Virus record (IMG/VR): IMGVR_UViG_2681813225_000023
Span: 1 to 10,501 of that record
DNA length: 10,501 bases
Source: a virus
Lineage: Duplodnaviria; Heunggongvirae; Uroviricota; Caudoviricetes
Direction: 5' to 3' (one strand)
In this document: piece after piece, positions 9,370 through 10,501 of the stretch
How the letters are laid out: each line of letters opens with the position of its first letter
Position numbering within the stretch: the first letter of the stretch is position 1
Notes under the pieces: model-generated
Database searches by the model: none
Told to the model about the DNA's origin: nothing
The model's input: the letters and a program-made list of their open reading frames with translations, nothing else
Translations under genes and position numbers: made by a program

Positions 9370-10501
9370 ACCCCGATCTCACAAAATCTCTATACCCAAT
9401 TTATATTGCAAATTAGATAAGCGAACCGGAAAGGTATATTGGCAATACAAACATCCACTATCCGGTCGTTTTCATAGTTTAGGAACTGATGAGAATGAAG
9501 CAAAACAGGTTGCTACTGAAGCAAATACCATTATTGCTGAACAACGTACCCGACAAATATTAAGCGTCAATGAGCGTCTGGAAAGAATGAAAGGCAGGCG
9601 CTCAGACATTACGGTGACAGAATGGCTTGATAAATATATTTCTATCCAGGAGGACAGGCTGCAACATAATGAACTAAGACCCAACTCCTATTGGCAAAAA
9701 GGCAAACCCATTCGTCTCTTCCGTGAGCATTGTGGAATGCAACACCTCAAGGATATTACCGCACTTGATATTGCCGAAATAATTGATGCTGTAAAGGCTG
9801 AAGGTCATAACAGGATGGCGCAAGTCGTGAGAATGGTGTTGATCGACGTCTTCAAAGAAGCACAACACGCAGGACATGTTCCGCCAGGATTTAACCCAGC
9901 GCAGGCAACAAAACAACCGCGAAATCGAGTAAACCGCCAAAGATTATCACTGTCCGAATGGCAGGCAATATTTGACAGCGTAAGTAGACGGCAGCCCTAT
10001 TTAAAATGCGGGATGCTACTTGCTCTTGTCACTGGACAACGTTTAGGCGATATCTGCAATTTGAAATTCTCTGATATCTGGGACGACATGTTGCACATTA
10101 CTCAGGAAAAAACCGGTTCAAAACTTGCTATTCCGCTTAACCTGAAATGCGATGCTCTGAATATTACCCTTCGTGAAGTTATATCTCAGTGCAGGGATGC
10201 TGTTGTTAGTAAATATCTGGTCCATTACCGTCACACTACCTCTCAAGCAAACAGAGGAGACCAGGTGTCTGCAAATACTCTTACAACGGCTTTTAAAAAG
10301 GCCAGGGAAAAATGTGGCATAAAATGGGAGCAAGGAACTGCGCCCACATTTCATGAGCAGCGATCTCTGTCAGAACGGTTATATCGGGAACAGGGTCTGG
10401 ATACGCAAAAGTTGTTAGGTCATAAATCCAGAAAAATGACCGACCGATACAATGATGATCGTGGTAAAGACTGGATTATCGTAGATATCAAAACAGCATA
10501 G
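9359..10501 (+). CDS. int: Tyrosine integrase (lambda Int family), 380 aa, apparently intact
   Basis: MAARPRSHKISIPNLY...ALVTGQRLGDICNLKFSDI...TFHEQRSLSERLY...LLGHKSRKMTDRYNDDRGKDWIIVDIKTA aligns by eye with lambda Int (R, K, HxxR, H and Y catalytic positions present). The stop codon is the last three bases of the window. Confidence 0.93.
   Translation: MAARPRSHKISIPNLYCKLDKRTGKVYWQYKHPLSGRFHSLGTDENEAKQVATEANTIIAEQRTRQILSVNERLERMKGRRSDITVTEWLDKYISIQEDRLQHNELRPNSYWQKGKPIRLFREHCGMQHLKDITALDIAEIIDAVKAEGHNRMAQVVRMVLIDVFKEAQHAGHVPPGFNPAQATKQPRNRVNRQRLSLSEWQAIFDSVSRRQPYLKCGMLLALVTGQRLGDICNLKFSDIWDDMLHITQEKTGSKLAIPLNLKCDALNITLREVISQCRDAVVSKYLVHYRHTTSQANRGDQVSANTLTTAFKKAREKCGIKWEQGTAPTFHEQRSLSERLYREQGLDTQKLLGHKSRKMTDRYNDDRGKDWIIVDIKTA

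Overview
The window is the late end of a decayed lambda-like (cos-type lambdoid) prophage in an E. coli-like chromosome. Gene calls rest on my recollection of phage lambda proteins plus reading-frame logic; no database search was run. Minus strand, from low to high coordinates: an internal fragment of tail tape-measure gene H (1-480, with an in-frame TAG), fused by deletion to a portal gene B that also carries an in-frame TAA, then intact W, terminase large subunit A and small subunit Nu1, and the cos site (cosN at 4678-4689). Beyond cos lie three small lambda/DLP12-type accessory ORFs (ylcI-like, ybcW-like, ybcV-like) and the bor lipoprotein gene. The lysis cassette follows on the minus strand: a non-lambda holin, a lambda-type endolysin R, and Rz/Rz1 spanin genes both broken by a 1-nt deletion. 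Upstream of the holin are a tR'-like terminator, a candidate pR'-like promoter, and a 200-codon Q-like ORF with no ATG start. The Q-like ORF abuts a small ORF, xis and an apparently intact lambda-family integrase (9359-10501, plus strand). No immunity or replication genes (N, cI, cro, O, P, nin) are present. The main findings are therefore two large internal deletions (head-tail module; early region), three point lesions (ochre in B, amber in H, frameshift in Rz/Rz1), and the retention of intact terminase, cos, holin, endolysin, bor, xis and int. No tRNA, rRNA, CRISPR array or IS element was detected.
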